Shown: positions 27,614-41,663 of the stretch, in pieces
How positions within the stretch are numbered: the stretch's first letter is position 1
Layout: every line of letters starts with the position of its first letter
From: Macrostomum lignano
Lineage: Eukaryota
Length of the DNA stretch: 64,000 nucleotides
Direction: 5' to 3'
Assembly (NCBI GenBank): GCA_002269645.1
Contig: NIVC01000413.1
Location: 558,001-622,000 of the forward strand
Notes under the pieces: model-generated
Databases searched by the model: none
Told to the model about the DNA's origin: nothing
The model's input: the letters and a program-made list of their open reading frames with translations, nothing else
Translations under genes and position numbers: made by a program

Positions 27614-30600
27614 TCAAACGTTCAATCCAGCCCGGCTGCTGGTATCACGCGACTCGCCAGTCTGCTGCAGCAATCGCTGACTTTCAAATACAGCCGCGGT
27701 ATCCTCCGTGTCAACTGTAGACGAGCCGCTCCTAGCGTCCGAGGCCAGTCGTGCTCGCTGATTGGGATAATCAGCCAGGGCGCTCAGTACCGCGTCGTGT
27801 ACAGAAACGTACACGCTGTACTTGTCAGCGAACTCGCTGCGCTCTAACATCCGGCGGAATTGATGCTTGCAACAGGCGAATAGGATTGACACGCCTACGC
27901 GTTGATAATCGGCGATTAAGACGCGTAGAAAACTGGCGCCGACGCTGTCGATGTAGTTGATGCCCGAGCATTCAACTACGATGTGGTGCAGGCGGGTGGA
28001 CTGGTTGGTCTGATGGCTGCTGCTGCTGGCCGTGTCCGAGGGGGCCGCACTGTTGGAGCCGGCTTCATCATCGGCGGCTAACGACTGCGGGGACAGCTCC
28101 AGCTGCTGCTGGCGGTGCTGCGCCTCCTGGTGATGTTGATTGGGATTTGAGATGATATGAGTTGCAACGGTTGAGGGGCGATTCTCAGGGTTGGGGCGAT
28201 TCTTAGGGTTGGGGCGATTCTTAGGGTTGGGGCGATCCTTAGGGTTGGGGCGATTCTCAGGGTTGGGGCGATTCTTAGGGTTGGGGCGATTCTCAGGGTT
28301 GGGGCGATTCTTAGGGTTGGGGCGATTCTCAGGGTTGGGGCGATTCTTAGGGTTGGGGCGATTCTTAGGGTTGGGGCGATTCTTAGGGTTGGGGCGATTC
28401 TTAGGGTTGGGGCGATTCTTAGGGTTGGGGCGATTCTAAGGGTTGGGGCGATTCTCAGGGTTGGGGCAATTCTCAGGGTTGGGGCGATTCTTAGGGTTGG
28501 GGCGATTCTTAGGGTTGGGGCGATTCTCAGGGTTGGCAGGGATTCGCAGGTTGGGGCGATTCTCAGGGTTGGTGCGATTCTCAGGTTTGGGGCGATTCTT
28601 AGGGTTGGGGCGATTCTAAGGGTTGGGGCGATTCTCAGGGTTGGGGCGATTCTCAGGGTTGGGGCGATTCTTAGGGTTGGGGCGATTCTAAGGGTTGGGG
28701 CGATTTTCAGGGTTGGGGCGATCCTTAGGGTTGGGGCGATTCTTAGGGTTGGGGCGATCCTTAGGGTTGGGGCGATTCTCAGGGTTGGGGCGATACTTAG
28801 GGTTGGGGCGATTCTCAGGGTTGGGGCGATTCTCAAAAATTTTGGAGAGCCATCCTCAATGAGGCTGGAGGGCGATTCTCAATGGGATTGGAGGGCGATT
28901 CTCAATGGGGCTGGAGGGCGATTCTCAATGAGACTGGACGGCGATTCTCAATGGGGCTGGAGGCCGATTCTCAATGAGGCTGGAGGGCGATTCTCAGTGC
29001 TGTAATTGGCATGCTAGTCAAAAGTTAGTTAATAGAATAAATAGAAATCAAAGTTCAGTCCGCAATGCAGATGCATATTAAGACACGCCTCCCTCACCTG
29101 CTCAATCTGCTGAGCCTCGGCCAGTTTCGGGTCAAACCCGGTCAACTTCACCAGCCGATACCGAAAATTGTCAACGCTAGCAAAGTACAGAGCTCCGTCG
29201 AAGCGAAACACCACAACCCCCGGCACCTGTGCGGCGCTGGGATAGAACCTCACATCCTTATAGATGTCCGTGGTCGGCAACCGGCCGAGAATAGATGTAC
29301 TTGGCGATTGCGTTCGGCAGACAACCGTTAGCAGACTGTAAGCAAATCCTAGCATGAGTCCGTAGCTCACATTGAGAATTACAACTCCAAAAAAGCAGAC
29401 AATCCAAATGCTAAAGTCGTATTTCGATATGCGATAAAGTTTCACAGCGTCTCTAAATTGCATAAATAAGCCTTTTAAAGCTACGATGATAATGCAAGCC
29501 AGCACTGCAGTTGGCAGTTCGCGAAACAGTGGTCCAAGGAATAGCAGTACGAATATCATGAGACTCGCTGCGATCAGAACCTGCAGAGGCGGGTTGGAGT
29601 TAATGTGGTGCTCAAGAAGTCATACAGGCAAAGTTATCAGTACGAGGGCGCAATGAGGAAACATGAAGAGGATGACTGAGACACATCACCAAGACACACA
29701 TCAGGATGAGACACATCACCAAGACATACGTCAGGATGAGACACATCACCAAGACACACATCAGGATGAGACACATCACCAAGACATACGTCAGGATGAG
29801 ACACATCACCAAGACACACATCAGGATGAGACACATCACAAGACACACGTCAGGATGAGACACATCACAAGGCACACGTCAGGATGAGACACATCACCAA
29901 GACATACGTCAGGATGAGACACATCACCAAGACACACATCAGGATGAGACACATCACAAGACACACGTCAGGATGAGACACATCACAAGACACACGTCAG
30001 GATGAGACACATCACCAAGACACACATCAGGATAAGACACATCACAAGACACACGTCAGGATGAGACACATCACCAAGACACACATCAGGATGAGACACA
30101 TCACCAAGAAACTTGTCAGATGAGACATCAGGAAGACACGCACAAGAAGACACAAGTTAGCATCAGAAAATCCACACAGAATCAGAATGATGTAAGGATG
30201 TAACGCAAAATCACCTGAGTCCGACCGCCCATATCCTCTTGCACCTGCGATCGACTTAACGATCCGGCAGAGAAGTAGCAACCAAACACGGGTCCAACAG
30301 TGTTAACAATGCCGCTAGCTAATAACTCCTGATTAGAATCTAGCAAGTAGCCATGCTTATTAGCGTAGATCTTGCATATAGAAAAGGTGCAAACGTACAT
30401 TATGATAGCTAGCATGAAAGCGTCCTGCCAGACCAGGTGAAACAAGCCAATCGACGGCATACTGGGCGCCCGCAATCCGCTCGGTATCTCGCCAACAATA
30501 TCAACTGCGTAGGCTGTGTGCAAATGACCGAAATGTCCAATGGAAGTGCCCAGCACAACCAGGATCAGTTCGATTGGCACCGGGAAACGGCACAGTTTTG

Positions 30601-32378
30601 ATAGTTTAGCATTAATTATTAATCTGAATAACAGTAGCAGACAGATGCACACTATTGATATGATCACGCTGGCAGGATTTGAGTCCGGCAATCTATCGAT
30701 AATGTCCATATAGGAGTGGATCAGCTTGAAGGAGCTGGCGTGACGCGGCACCTTAATGCCGAATATGGCTGGCACCTGGGACGGGTTGAAGGTTAGAAGT
30801 TTTTAGTAAAGCGACTTATAAAAGCGAAAAGTACAACCCACTGGGACCCTGAATAGTAACAATGACAACTGCAGGTCTGTGGGGACCCTTCGGCGACATC
30901 ATCCCACAACCAGCTGTGAGGCAAATTCTGACCATTCCATTGACTCTTGAGCACATATTATCGCAGGCCACGCACTCATTCATACACACACTCAGACAGG
31001 ATGTACACCAACCATGACTTTATAACCGTCAGACATGTACACTCTCTGCCTCGGAGGTGGAGGTGCAATCTAAGCCTAAACAGCTGTTACATGTACTATT
31101 AGACGCTGAAAAGAAAGATTGTGCAATTAAAAGCACCGAAAAATAAAAATTCACAGATCGGTTAAAAAATGCCCCGAATGATATTAGTATATCCTTGATC
31201 TGGGACTTTGATTTCAAAAATGGACAGACAGAACAGAAAGCTCTTCTTCAAGCTACTCAAACTGCAGGTAGACCTCCAAACTAGGCCAAAAGCACTACTG
31301 GCATTCTAGTCTCAAATCTAGGCCACAGCCAAGATTAATAAAGACCAACCTGCGACGTCATAACGTGAAACGCAGCCCCAGTAGTGAATCCGGAAACCAA
31401 CGGAGTGCTCAAATAGATGGTTATAAATCCGAATCGAAACAGGCCAAGACCAATTTGAATTAGACCGGCCAACAATGTGACACTTAAAGCCACCTGAATT
31501 CGATATTGATTCAATCCATCTTCCGTGTAGTTGCCATGCGGCACAGGTAGGCTAGTTGTTGCATTATTAATTATGGCAACAGGAGCTTCAGTCGAAATGC
31601 TCATAGTTGGCAGCGGGCCAAGAATGTCAGCTAGAGCTGGAGTTAATTGTACGCCAACAATACGAACTACTGGCACGGCAACCATTAGGCTAGACAGAGC
31701 GAATGTGCCCATGCTAACCTGTCTAGATGTGCCAAAGAAGAAGTACAATATCAATGGGAAGAATCCCAGATATAGGCCGCAAACTGGTGGCAAATCGGCT
31801 AGCATAGCGTAGGCCATGCCCTGTGGTATGTTCATGATACCAACCGTTAATCCGGCTATAGTATCGGCAATAAGATCTGACCTCCACTGGTACTGACGGA
31901 TTACACTAATAAATGGGAACAGGCTTAACAGGCAGTCTAATAGGCAACGCTTCGAGCAATGCCCATCGTTGCCGGCACCACCGAAACCGGTGCCAGATAG
32001 CAGCTGACGCAAGGATAAGCTACTAGTTTTAGGCCGAGTAAACCGATACCTAGCATCGAAATGAGTCTGCGTTAGAATTGTTGGCTTCCGACGATGACGA
32101 TCTTTATTTCTACCCGCCTGCCGCCTTGTCTCTTCGCCTTCGTTTAACAATGGTCGATAGTGACAGTTTCTACTGGACAGTGACGACAAGGATTGATTAA
32201 GATGATGCTCTTCGTCATCTAAGTCGTCTTCTTCTTCATCATAGAGGCTGCCACTGATGCGTCGCTGACTACCGGGCAAGGAATCAGCAAATAGTGATGC
32301 AGCTGCACTATTATTCTGATCTGATACTGAAGCTGCTGCCACTGCTACTGAGTGACCATTCATGCTGGATGTTGCCAT
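27614..32378 (-). CDS. SLC26 family anion transporter (prestin/SLC26A5-like) with STAS domain, 4 exons, ~861 aa
   Basis: Exons 31350-32378, 30215-30775, 29098-29580, 27614-28126, all phase 0, GT-AG. Motifs GMAYAMLADLPPVCGLY, FFGTSRQVSMGTFA, GFTTGAAFHV, SLSRSQVQEDMGGRTQ; STAS domain FRFDGALYFASVDNF...IVVECSGINYIDSVG. Confidence 0.95.
28174..28836. repeat. 18-bp minisatellite containing TTAGGG
   Basis: Unit GGGCGATTCT(T/C)AGGGTTG; SLC26 intron 3. Confidence 0.96.
28850..28997. repeat. 23-bp GAGGGCGATTCTCAATG family array
   Basis: Same unit as 9345-10950; adjoins the 18-bp array. Confidence 0.92.
29665..30125. repeat. 29-30 bp intronic minisatellite
   Basis: Unit TCAGGATGAGACACATCACCAAGACACACA; SLC26 intron 2. 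Confidence 0.95.
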
Positions 32379-32899
32379 ACTATATTAATGTATTTGAGGC
32401 ATGACTTGTTTATAACTGTGTTGCATGAAATGAACAATTGATATATGATGATACTATTTGATATGATATCTTTAGCACAAAAAACACAAAATATTAGTAC
32501 ACTGAACATTCGTTTTGGTACTTTCAACAATCATAAATGCTCAACTGCCAAACAACCCAGCCAATCTGGTCGTGCATATCTTAAATTGTGGCAGACCAAG
32601 GATAAGTTGCATTTAAATTGAAGACTATTCTGACAATTTCTAACAAAAATTAGAAAAAATCTATAAAAAAAACACAGGGGTGCCCTGTAAAATTTGCAAT
32701 AGCGTAGGCAAACTCTGATCCTAGACGCACAGCTGCACAGCATCACAGAAACTTTTTTCATAGTTAACCTAAATTTATTCAGTTTTGTTACTCTTTGAGC
32801 AATAAAAGCAAGCTTTTATGCAATTTAAATTCTTTGATTGCTCAATTTAAGGATTTTAAACATGCTTAAGTGTGCAGGTGCACCAATTGATTTCTTTAA

Positions 32900-33552
32900 G
32901 CTGGAGGGCGATTCTCAATGAGGCTGGAGGGCGATTCTCAATGAGGCTGGAGGGCGATTCTCAATGAGGCTGGATAGCGATTCTCAATGAGGCTGGAGGG
33001 CGATTCTCAATGAGGCTGGAGGGCGATTCTCAATGGGCTGGAGGGCGATTCTCAATGAGGCTGGAGGGCGATTCTCAATGAGGCTGGAGGGCGATTCTCA
33101 ATGAGGCTGGAGGGCGATTCTCAATGAGGCTGGAGGGCGATTCTCAATGAGGCTGGAGGGCGATTCTCAATGAGGCTGGAGGGCGATTCTCAATGAGGCT
33201 GGAGGGCGATTCTCAATGAGGCTGGAGGGCGATTCTCAATGAGGCTGGAGGGCGATTCTCAATGGGCTGGAGGGCGATTCTCAATGGGATTGGAGGGCGA
33301 TTCTCAATGGGATTGGAGGGCGATTCTCAATGGGGCTGGAGGGCGATTCTCAATGGGACTGGATGGCGATTTTTAATGAGGCTGGAGTGCGATTCTCAAT
33401 GAGGCTGGAGGGCGATTCTCAATGAGGCTGGAGGGCGATTTTCAATGAGGCTGGAGGGCGATTCTCAATGAGGCTGGAGGGCGATTTTCAAAGAGGCTGG
33501 AGGGCGATTCTTAATGAGGCTGGAGGGCGATTCTCAATGAGGCTGGAGGGCA
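32900..33552. repeat. 23-bp GAGGGCGATTCTCAATG family array
   Basis: Unit AGGCTGGAGGGCGATTCTCAATG; upstream of the SLC26 first coding exon. Confidence 0.96.
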
Positions 33553-36028
33553 AAGGATTTGATGTCAATAAAAATTATTATTTTTGATAACCATCTCATA
33601 ATTCCTTTCTATCCTACCCTGTCACAGTTTGGATAATGCAGAAAATGTAAGCTTAATATGCTATGCAAAGCATTTGCTAGTATATGCCAGTGTACAAAAC
33701 TTATCTCAAGGCTATATTTAGGTGTACACTAGAGCAGAGTGACATGTACTTGTACACACTATATTGGCACTTTAATATCTAGTTTTCATTGGCATAATAA
33801 GAAAGTATGTCATCTTATTTATGAGAAAGCATATTAAAAATGTAAACTTCATAGACAATTAGGCTATGGGCTTTTGTATTTTTAAACTGAACAAAAAAGC
33901 TTAGTTCTACAAGGGATATCCAAGAAGTGGTATTACTTTTGTGTGTAAGACTGATTCTAATAGAACAGTTTATTAGGAAACCACAACATAATAAGCAACA
34001 CAATCTAGCAATTTTTAACTTAGAATTTCAAAAATTGAACAAACACAATAAAACCTAGAACAAGTTCTAAATAAGACCCACAATGTATTTATATACACAG
34101 TTAAGCAATAACTCATAATCATCTATAGGCATTATATACTCTTTTTAACAGTTTCTATATAACTAGATATACTTCTGCTAATATTAGTAAAGTGAATCAA
34201 TTGGATTGCCATAAATAATACATTAGTATATAACATCTATGTATAGCATCCAATATGCAATCTCCATTCTTGTATGTTGTATATATGCCCTAGCAGCAGT
34301 TACCAAAGTGCTAAAATTCCAAAATGCAAAAATTGCAAATATCCTAGGTTTATTTATGTGATATAGATGTTATAGCATCTTAACTTTCGAAATTACATCT
34401 TCAAATTAGACCATAGGTATGATTTTATATTTTAGCACTAATGAAAAACCTATGCTAGGTTTTTTATGCAATATAGATGTGGTTGCAACTTTCTTAGTCA
34501 TTTCTTTAGTTCACCTTCACTTGTCTCTGTTTACTGTTTTCTCTCTTTGTCTAGCTCAATCTTGTTATACTTATCTCTCTCTCTCTTGCTGCCTTCTGAT
34601 TGGCTCTCCATTCTCACCTTTCTCTTTAGTTGCGCACTCTACCCCTCTCTTTATTATCTTCAATTCAACCCCCCCTTGCAATTTAATGTCATATAAATAT
34701 ATTGGTTTGGGCCCTGCACCCACTTACTGCTCCTTCTTTCTCAGTATCAATTTAATTCTAATTTAAATGTTGTTAGCTAAGTTTTTTAGTCTTATTATTT
34801 TCTTGACAGATGCTATATAATATATTGACTATCTAAATTGTATCTTGAAATTGGACTTTGGATGCAATTTTATATCTTGGCACTAGCAAAAAAACTAGCA
34901 CATATTTTTCCTGCTAAGTGAATATTAGCCTCTATGCCTAGAACAAATCTTGCTTACTATTGCTATTGTTTTCTAATTCCACATTTGCATAGCCTTATAT
35001 ATACTCTTCTTTTATGCTAACATAAAAGTAATATAATTTGTATATTTTTATGGCCAATGGTAGGTCTAAAATGATAAATATATACAAAAAATGGACTTTT
35101 AGTGCTAAACTAAAATAAACCAATTACTTAATAAATATAAAAAATAGTATTATACATTTTTATCTTAGTAGAAAAAATGCCACTATTGAGGATAAAATGA
35201 GGATAAAATGAAAAAATGAAAAAATGAGGATACCCTTGTAACATGTTATAGGCTTCATTTCTAGTAGACTAACTTTCTTAAAAATGTAAAAATTCAAAAC
35301 TCTATTATTTGTTATACTGTACAAATATTAGAAATATTTTATATATTTTGTATATTTTATATGTTGTTTTGTTTTAAATAGTAGGAGAATTTTACTATAA
35401 AAGGAAGCCAGTTGAGAGCCTTGAACTTGTTACTTGATAAACTTGTTAAGCTTGCTTCGAACTTGATCTATTTCAGCTTTTTAAAGCCTTTTTGTAGTAG
35501 TAGTAAGTTGGCTCAGGCAAGAAGCTTGTTTGGCCAGTATATTTCTGTGTATTTAAGATATTTTAGCATTAGTTGTTTAATTACGATTAAGTTCAAAAGG
35601 TTAAATTTGTTCAAAAGGTTAAATTTTTACATGAGTAACGATGCGAGTTACGATATTTGTAAAATTATTAAGGTATTTGAAAGAGCGTTTTTTTGTTAAA
35701 AGATGTAGTATTTTGCAAGCGCGCGATATTTCAAAGCGTGAAAACGAACATGAACATACTTCGAAAGAACTTTACATTTAACGAATAACGACGATTTAAA
35801 TAGGTATTAGATAGGAAACTAATTAAATACTAATTAAATAGGAAATTAAAAAGACAGTAAATGAATAAACAAATGAAAAGCGGATTTATTACACTGCTGA
35901 TATATCTGTTTCAGTTTGCATAACTGTTTTAGCTATTCATGACTTCATATATTTTAGCTACACCAGTGAGCTCTTTTCTGACTCTTTTTCATTTGTAGCA
36001 TATCCTAACTTGTGTACTTGCTTGTCAT

Positions 36029-36352
36029 TTAAGAGGTACTGACAGAAGTATTTTTTCTGATCTTTTCAGTTTGTGGACATTCGGTCAAGTAGCGTAGGAT
36101 ATCGGAACCATTTCTCACTCCACACAGTCTACATGCTTCATGAGAGAAAATGTTGGGTGTAATTTCGCATTTCAGTTTTAGAAGGGTTGTAAGGAATTTT
36201 TTGTTTCTAAAAGTACATGGAAAGTAATCTGAAAGGTCGGGCCTGCAGATTTTTTTGTAGAGATAGGCGTTTTTGTAGAGTTTAATATGTTGCTGATTCT
36301 CTAGCTTTTGGCTAAGTTCTCTTTCTCTGTGTATCTTGAGGTGCTTTTTCAC
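36029..36352 (-). mobile_element. Decayed non-LTR retrotransposon ORF2 C-terminal (zinc-knuckle) fragment
   Basis: The ORF contains LLKLKCE...CRLCGVRNGSDILRYLTECPQTEKIR, resembling the CxxC-x(n)-H-x4-C domain at LINE ORF2 ends with His replaced by Tyr. Upstream frames contain stops and no RT motif could be recovered. Confidence 0.55.
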
Positions 36353-39300
36353 TAGGTATTTACTTTTACTTTGTGTAAGATAAAAGTCAAATTAGCCTTA
36401 GGGCTTATATTTGCTTGTGTTACTTATTTTGAGTAGTAGATAGTGACTTAGGAATAGCCTCAAGATTAAAAGAATTCAATTCATTCATCGAGAATGATAT
36501 ATCCAGATTTAGAGTCTGGGAAATCACCTGTAGAAGGCAGAAATCCTACCACAAGGGTAGAATAGTCCAGAATCAGAGTCTGAAAACCTACCTCAGGGGG
36601 AATATCTAGGAAATAAGCTATGACCCTCTGATCCTAGGAATGCCTAAGACTGAAAGAATAAAAAAACCTTATAGTATAGAGATAGGATAGTCAGTTCTAT
36701 AAGTCCACTCAGGCCAAAAGTATAATATATGTATATATGCTACCAGTAGATTAATACATGTGCTACCAGTACATATATACACTACTAAAAGTACAACATC
36801 TGTAAAAGTACAAGTATTACATTTAAGAACTATTAGTACAACTTTGGAGACTTAATGGAGATTTTAATAGAAAGAAATTTAGCCCTGTGACAACTTAGTG
36901 GCAGTTTATAAGATTATATTAGGTTAGGGATTGAAGTGACCCTACATCAAATATAAAAGGTTATTATAAAATGCAAAGTCAATATAAAACCCATTTTCTA
37001 ATTTTAACCAGTTTGTTATATTGTCTTATAAATGAAATTTAGATAAAATTCCTTTTTTACTTTTTAGTAGGTTTGCCTTGTTGCTTGAAGTTAAGAAATA
37101 ACTTAATATATAAAATTATATCTAGACCTACAATAACTTTACAAAAAACAAAACAATTTGGAGACATTATATAATCATAGATAGTCTATACTACTATACA
37201 AAAACTACAGATTAAAACTACAGACTAATTTTCTATAGATCTTAAAGAAAATTAAATCAAAAAAATTGATTTATCAATGAAATATTAATGAAATACTTTT
37301 GGACTTGTGCTTTAATAAACCATAGATAGCTAGGGGCCTATAGCATAGCTTATGAAATCATTATTTATAAGTAAAGTAATAAATTTATTTTAATAACTTT
37401 TTATACTTGGTATTAAATTAGGTCCTAAGTTGAAATTGGTATTTTCTGGAATGGCATATGATATAGTGTTTGACTTTATTCATAGGTGAAAAAATGCAAA
37501 TTTAGCTACTTTTTGGCTGGTCATGGCTTCACTAGGCCTAGCCTAGGCCTATCATAACATTAATCAGAGGCATATTTAGAAATATAAATTATAAAATGAG
37601 TGGGCGAATTTTACCAATAAGACTAAGAGTGGGGGCGTCATTAATATACACGAGAAGGGCGTCATAATAAAGACCTTATGCGAGAGCCAACTAGCCGAGA
37701 GGGATGCCATATAGGCCTACACACACACTAGAGAGTCTAGAGGGGCGCCATGCGGAGCAAACTGAGCAAGCTGAGGACCTTACCCCCTTAAATACGCTTC
37801 TAACATTAATAAGCTAATCTAGTGAATTTAATCAGTGATAACTGAAAACTCATGAAAATATATCTTATATCTAAAGCTGAGTGGATCGATCGATTGGCCG
37901 CCCGACCGGGTTTCCGTTTAACGCTTATCTCCTCACTTATTATATAAAAGTAAGCAAGATTTAGTTTTAGACTACAGAAAGACTAGGCCTTTATGATCTG
38001 CTGATAATCTGTAAAGTAATGCTGTCGTTATGATCAACGCGAATCATTCAGAACTGGCTTAAGTTTAAAAGCCATTGATATTCGTCCAAGAAATTAAACA
38101 GAAACAACTGGACACAGGGGGAGTTTCCAATAAAATCAGTTGGTGACGAGTAAGTCAAAACCAGGAAAGAACTTAAAAATGAACTAAAACTAACGTTTAG
38201 ACTATGCTTTGGAATTATTTTCTATTTAAAAATTTTAAATTCTTGCAAAAAATTGTAAGTTCAGTCAAAATCGATAAAATCTGCGCTAAAATTTGTTAAT
38301 ACAAGAAAATATTCCTGATTTACTTTGAATTCCAGAATAGTTTCCGCGTCGAATATGCATGCTATTTCTTCATTTTTACACGTTCATTAAATTATATTTG
38401 TAGCGTGGAATAGAAAATTTTGCATTTAAAGTATTTAAATTTTTTGAGAAAGGCAATGCACTGCAGCTGCATGTACACCTAGAAAGGACCGGCCTGTTTA
38501 AACATAGTTGCTAGTTTCCTTATAGTCAGTCGTTATCATATCTCTAGCTCTTTTCTGTGGGGCGAGAGTGATCGACTATAGTGAGCCTTAATCGAGCGCA
38601 TTAATTTAATGCAGTCTTTGCGTAGCCTTAGACGTATCTAGGTCTTTAAACACTTCTACAGTGTAGATCAAATAATTTAGAGTACCAATAATGAAAAAAA
38701 TATATGATAATCTACACATACGTATATTTTTTCCAATTTTTTTCTACAGAACATGTAACTGGAACCATTAGACGAAAGATATTTATAGACGAAAAATATC
38801 CAGTTCATTTAAATTTAGGACCTAAAAATTCTCATGAATGAATTAATTTTTATCGCAGTGACGACCACGCTTAGCTATTGATCGAATATATCTGTCGCAT
38901 GATACAAATTCTAAAATTCATAATTGCTTCAGACCAGAATTATTCAACACATGCAGCCTTTATATATATAGTCCCTGCAGGTTAGGCATTTATTTTTCCT
39001 TGCATACTATGCAGACGCAGCATGTTTCAGCATGTTTCAGTGATGGTCCACATGAAAACATTCATCATTCATGTTTGACTAAATTATTTTTATACCTATA
39101 AGTCGATAATGCTGTCAGATTTTATAAAAATCCCAAGGTGAGGCAGTGTCAAGTTTTTATCTGTCAGGCAGCAAAAATCTTTATACAACCACAAGTTTTA
39201 GCTATGTCCTGGCTCATAACATCGAGTATTAAATTTGGTTTTTGTCTCCAGCAGCCTGCAGATCAGGAGATCGACGTCCCGAATCGATCAGCACAGCACA

Positions 39301-41324
39301 GCGCAGTTGGCAGAATTGACGCTCGCATATTAATGGACTCGATAAGGGTGCTTGAGCTGAGGAATCCCGTTCCTTGTAGGACCCAGAAAAATATCGCTGA
39401 TGGCCCTATAATGACGTGCATATCATGTACTATATACGTATACTATCAAACTCCTACATGTATTTGTATAAATCTATCGATGAAGAGCGATCGTTCCAGA
39501 ACGGCAGAAGTGCGGCAGAATAAGATTTGACTTTGGCTACTCGAGAGACTATCGACTGTGCGGTTGTATATCGGCCTTCGTGACGTTGAAGTATTAAACC
39601 AATCGCATTGAGGCTCCAGTGGATTGATATGAGTATAGCAAAACTGACGGGCCCGCAATGACCCACCCACTACATACATATACTACACTGAGAGCTCAGC
39701 TCATTATCCACTGATTGATGGCTGTCAGGTTTCTTGGCTAATAAATCACAACTTATAAGCATGCAGAGGGAGGGATAGTTGACCAACAATATTCATAAGC
39801 CCATGAGTTCATGAACGCATTTAAGGCTCTCAAACTATTAAGTTGACTTTCGTAGGATTTGCTCGTTATAAACTCGAGCAGTACGTTGTTGGGAAGTATG
39901 TGCTCTGAAAAAAATTCTCTTTGTTAATATGCTCTCAAAAGCAATCAGATTCTTGTAGCGTACGGATTTTTTTCGTCTATGACGGAAACTCATTCCTAAA
40001 GTCATTTTTGGATGCTTTCAAGAAAGAGAGTGATTCTAAAGCTCGAAATTTCACCAAGGACCACTGTATATAACAGTGGTGGTATATAACATGCTCGAAA
40101 CTTTATATCATAAATGTAGAAAAATCTTGTTCACTAGCTCGCAACTTCGAGTTTATGAAATTTGGAGTTTGTGAAAGTATGAAAGTGATTAGGACTTACT
40201 GCATATATGTACATGTATATTGGGACCTCTAATTGGGGATCAATACCTGGTCAATGGGGCCTCTAATTAGGGATTAATACCTGGTTGAATGGAACCTTTA
40301 AGTATTTATTAATAATTGGGTAATGAGACCTCTAATTTGTAGATTGATGCTTACAAGCCAACGAATGAGTTTCAACATTGTACAGACGTACGTACGTACA
40401 TTCGCCTATAGTTTTTTCTCAGGACGCCAAAATATTGCAAATTAAAAGTACTTATTAAAAGTACAGTTCCATTCGATACCCCTGAAATCCTAGGTGACTG
40501 ATGAATGCCATTTGACCCAGGAGATTTCCACTGTCTATGGCCAAAAAGGGGGTTAGATAGATAGATCATAGATAGATCAGAGATAGATGAAACAGTGGTC
40601 CCCAGTGGGCGCCCCAACCCCTGTCACCCATGTTCAAGACGTGGCAAACGTCGATCTAGGTTGCCCCCTCCTACATCCGCATGTATCACGCAGAAGCGAA
40701 TGCCAGTAATTGAAATTCCAGCCTGCAAAATAAAATTTACACGAACACCGGGTGTCGCATCCTGCCAGGCAAAGCAGAGTTAAAGGAAGGAGGATCTGTC
40801 TGACACAAATAATCGAGTAGGTACACAGGAGAATATTGGAGACATTTGGGATACACAGCATCCGATTGCGTGCAGCAGAAGCAGAGAAGCCCCCCATCAC
40901 TGCTAAGATTCAAAGATGTTGGCCAAGACACGCTGCATAGAGTCCTTTCTGCGCCTTCTCTCCCAATCTCTCCCTGCTCTCCTTCACCGCGAGCTTTCTC
41001 CATAACAGTTGGAACTTCAGGGTAAGCGAAGGAAAGTAAAAAAAAACTTACAGGACTCAGGATCTGCGGGGGCTGGGGTGGCTTGGAGTGGGCTAAGTAA
41101 AGCAAAGTTGGCACACTTGCAATCAGCGGGAGAAACTCAATTTTCCCCGAGACTCGCAGGGCTCTGCGTCATCTAACCTAGAAACTGGCCGCCGCCCGCC
41201 AAAACCACCCTTGTGTGCGAGCTGCACTCTTCCAGCCTCCGTCTGCAACCTTCCTAGCAACTTTCAGTGCTCAAAAAGTCTCAATTTCGACATAACTTTT
41301 GAACAAATTGTCCCTTTCAACACA

Positions 41325-41663
<339 letters not shown>

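Noticed and set aside
28078-28836. 252-aa 'LRIAPT' ORF, or a true telomere
   Set aside because: 18-bp intronic array; not pure TTAGGG and flanked by coding exons on both sides.
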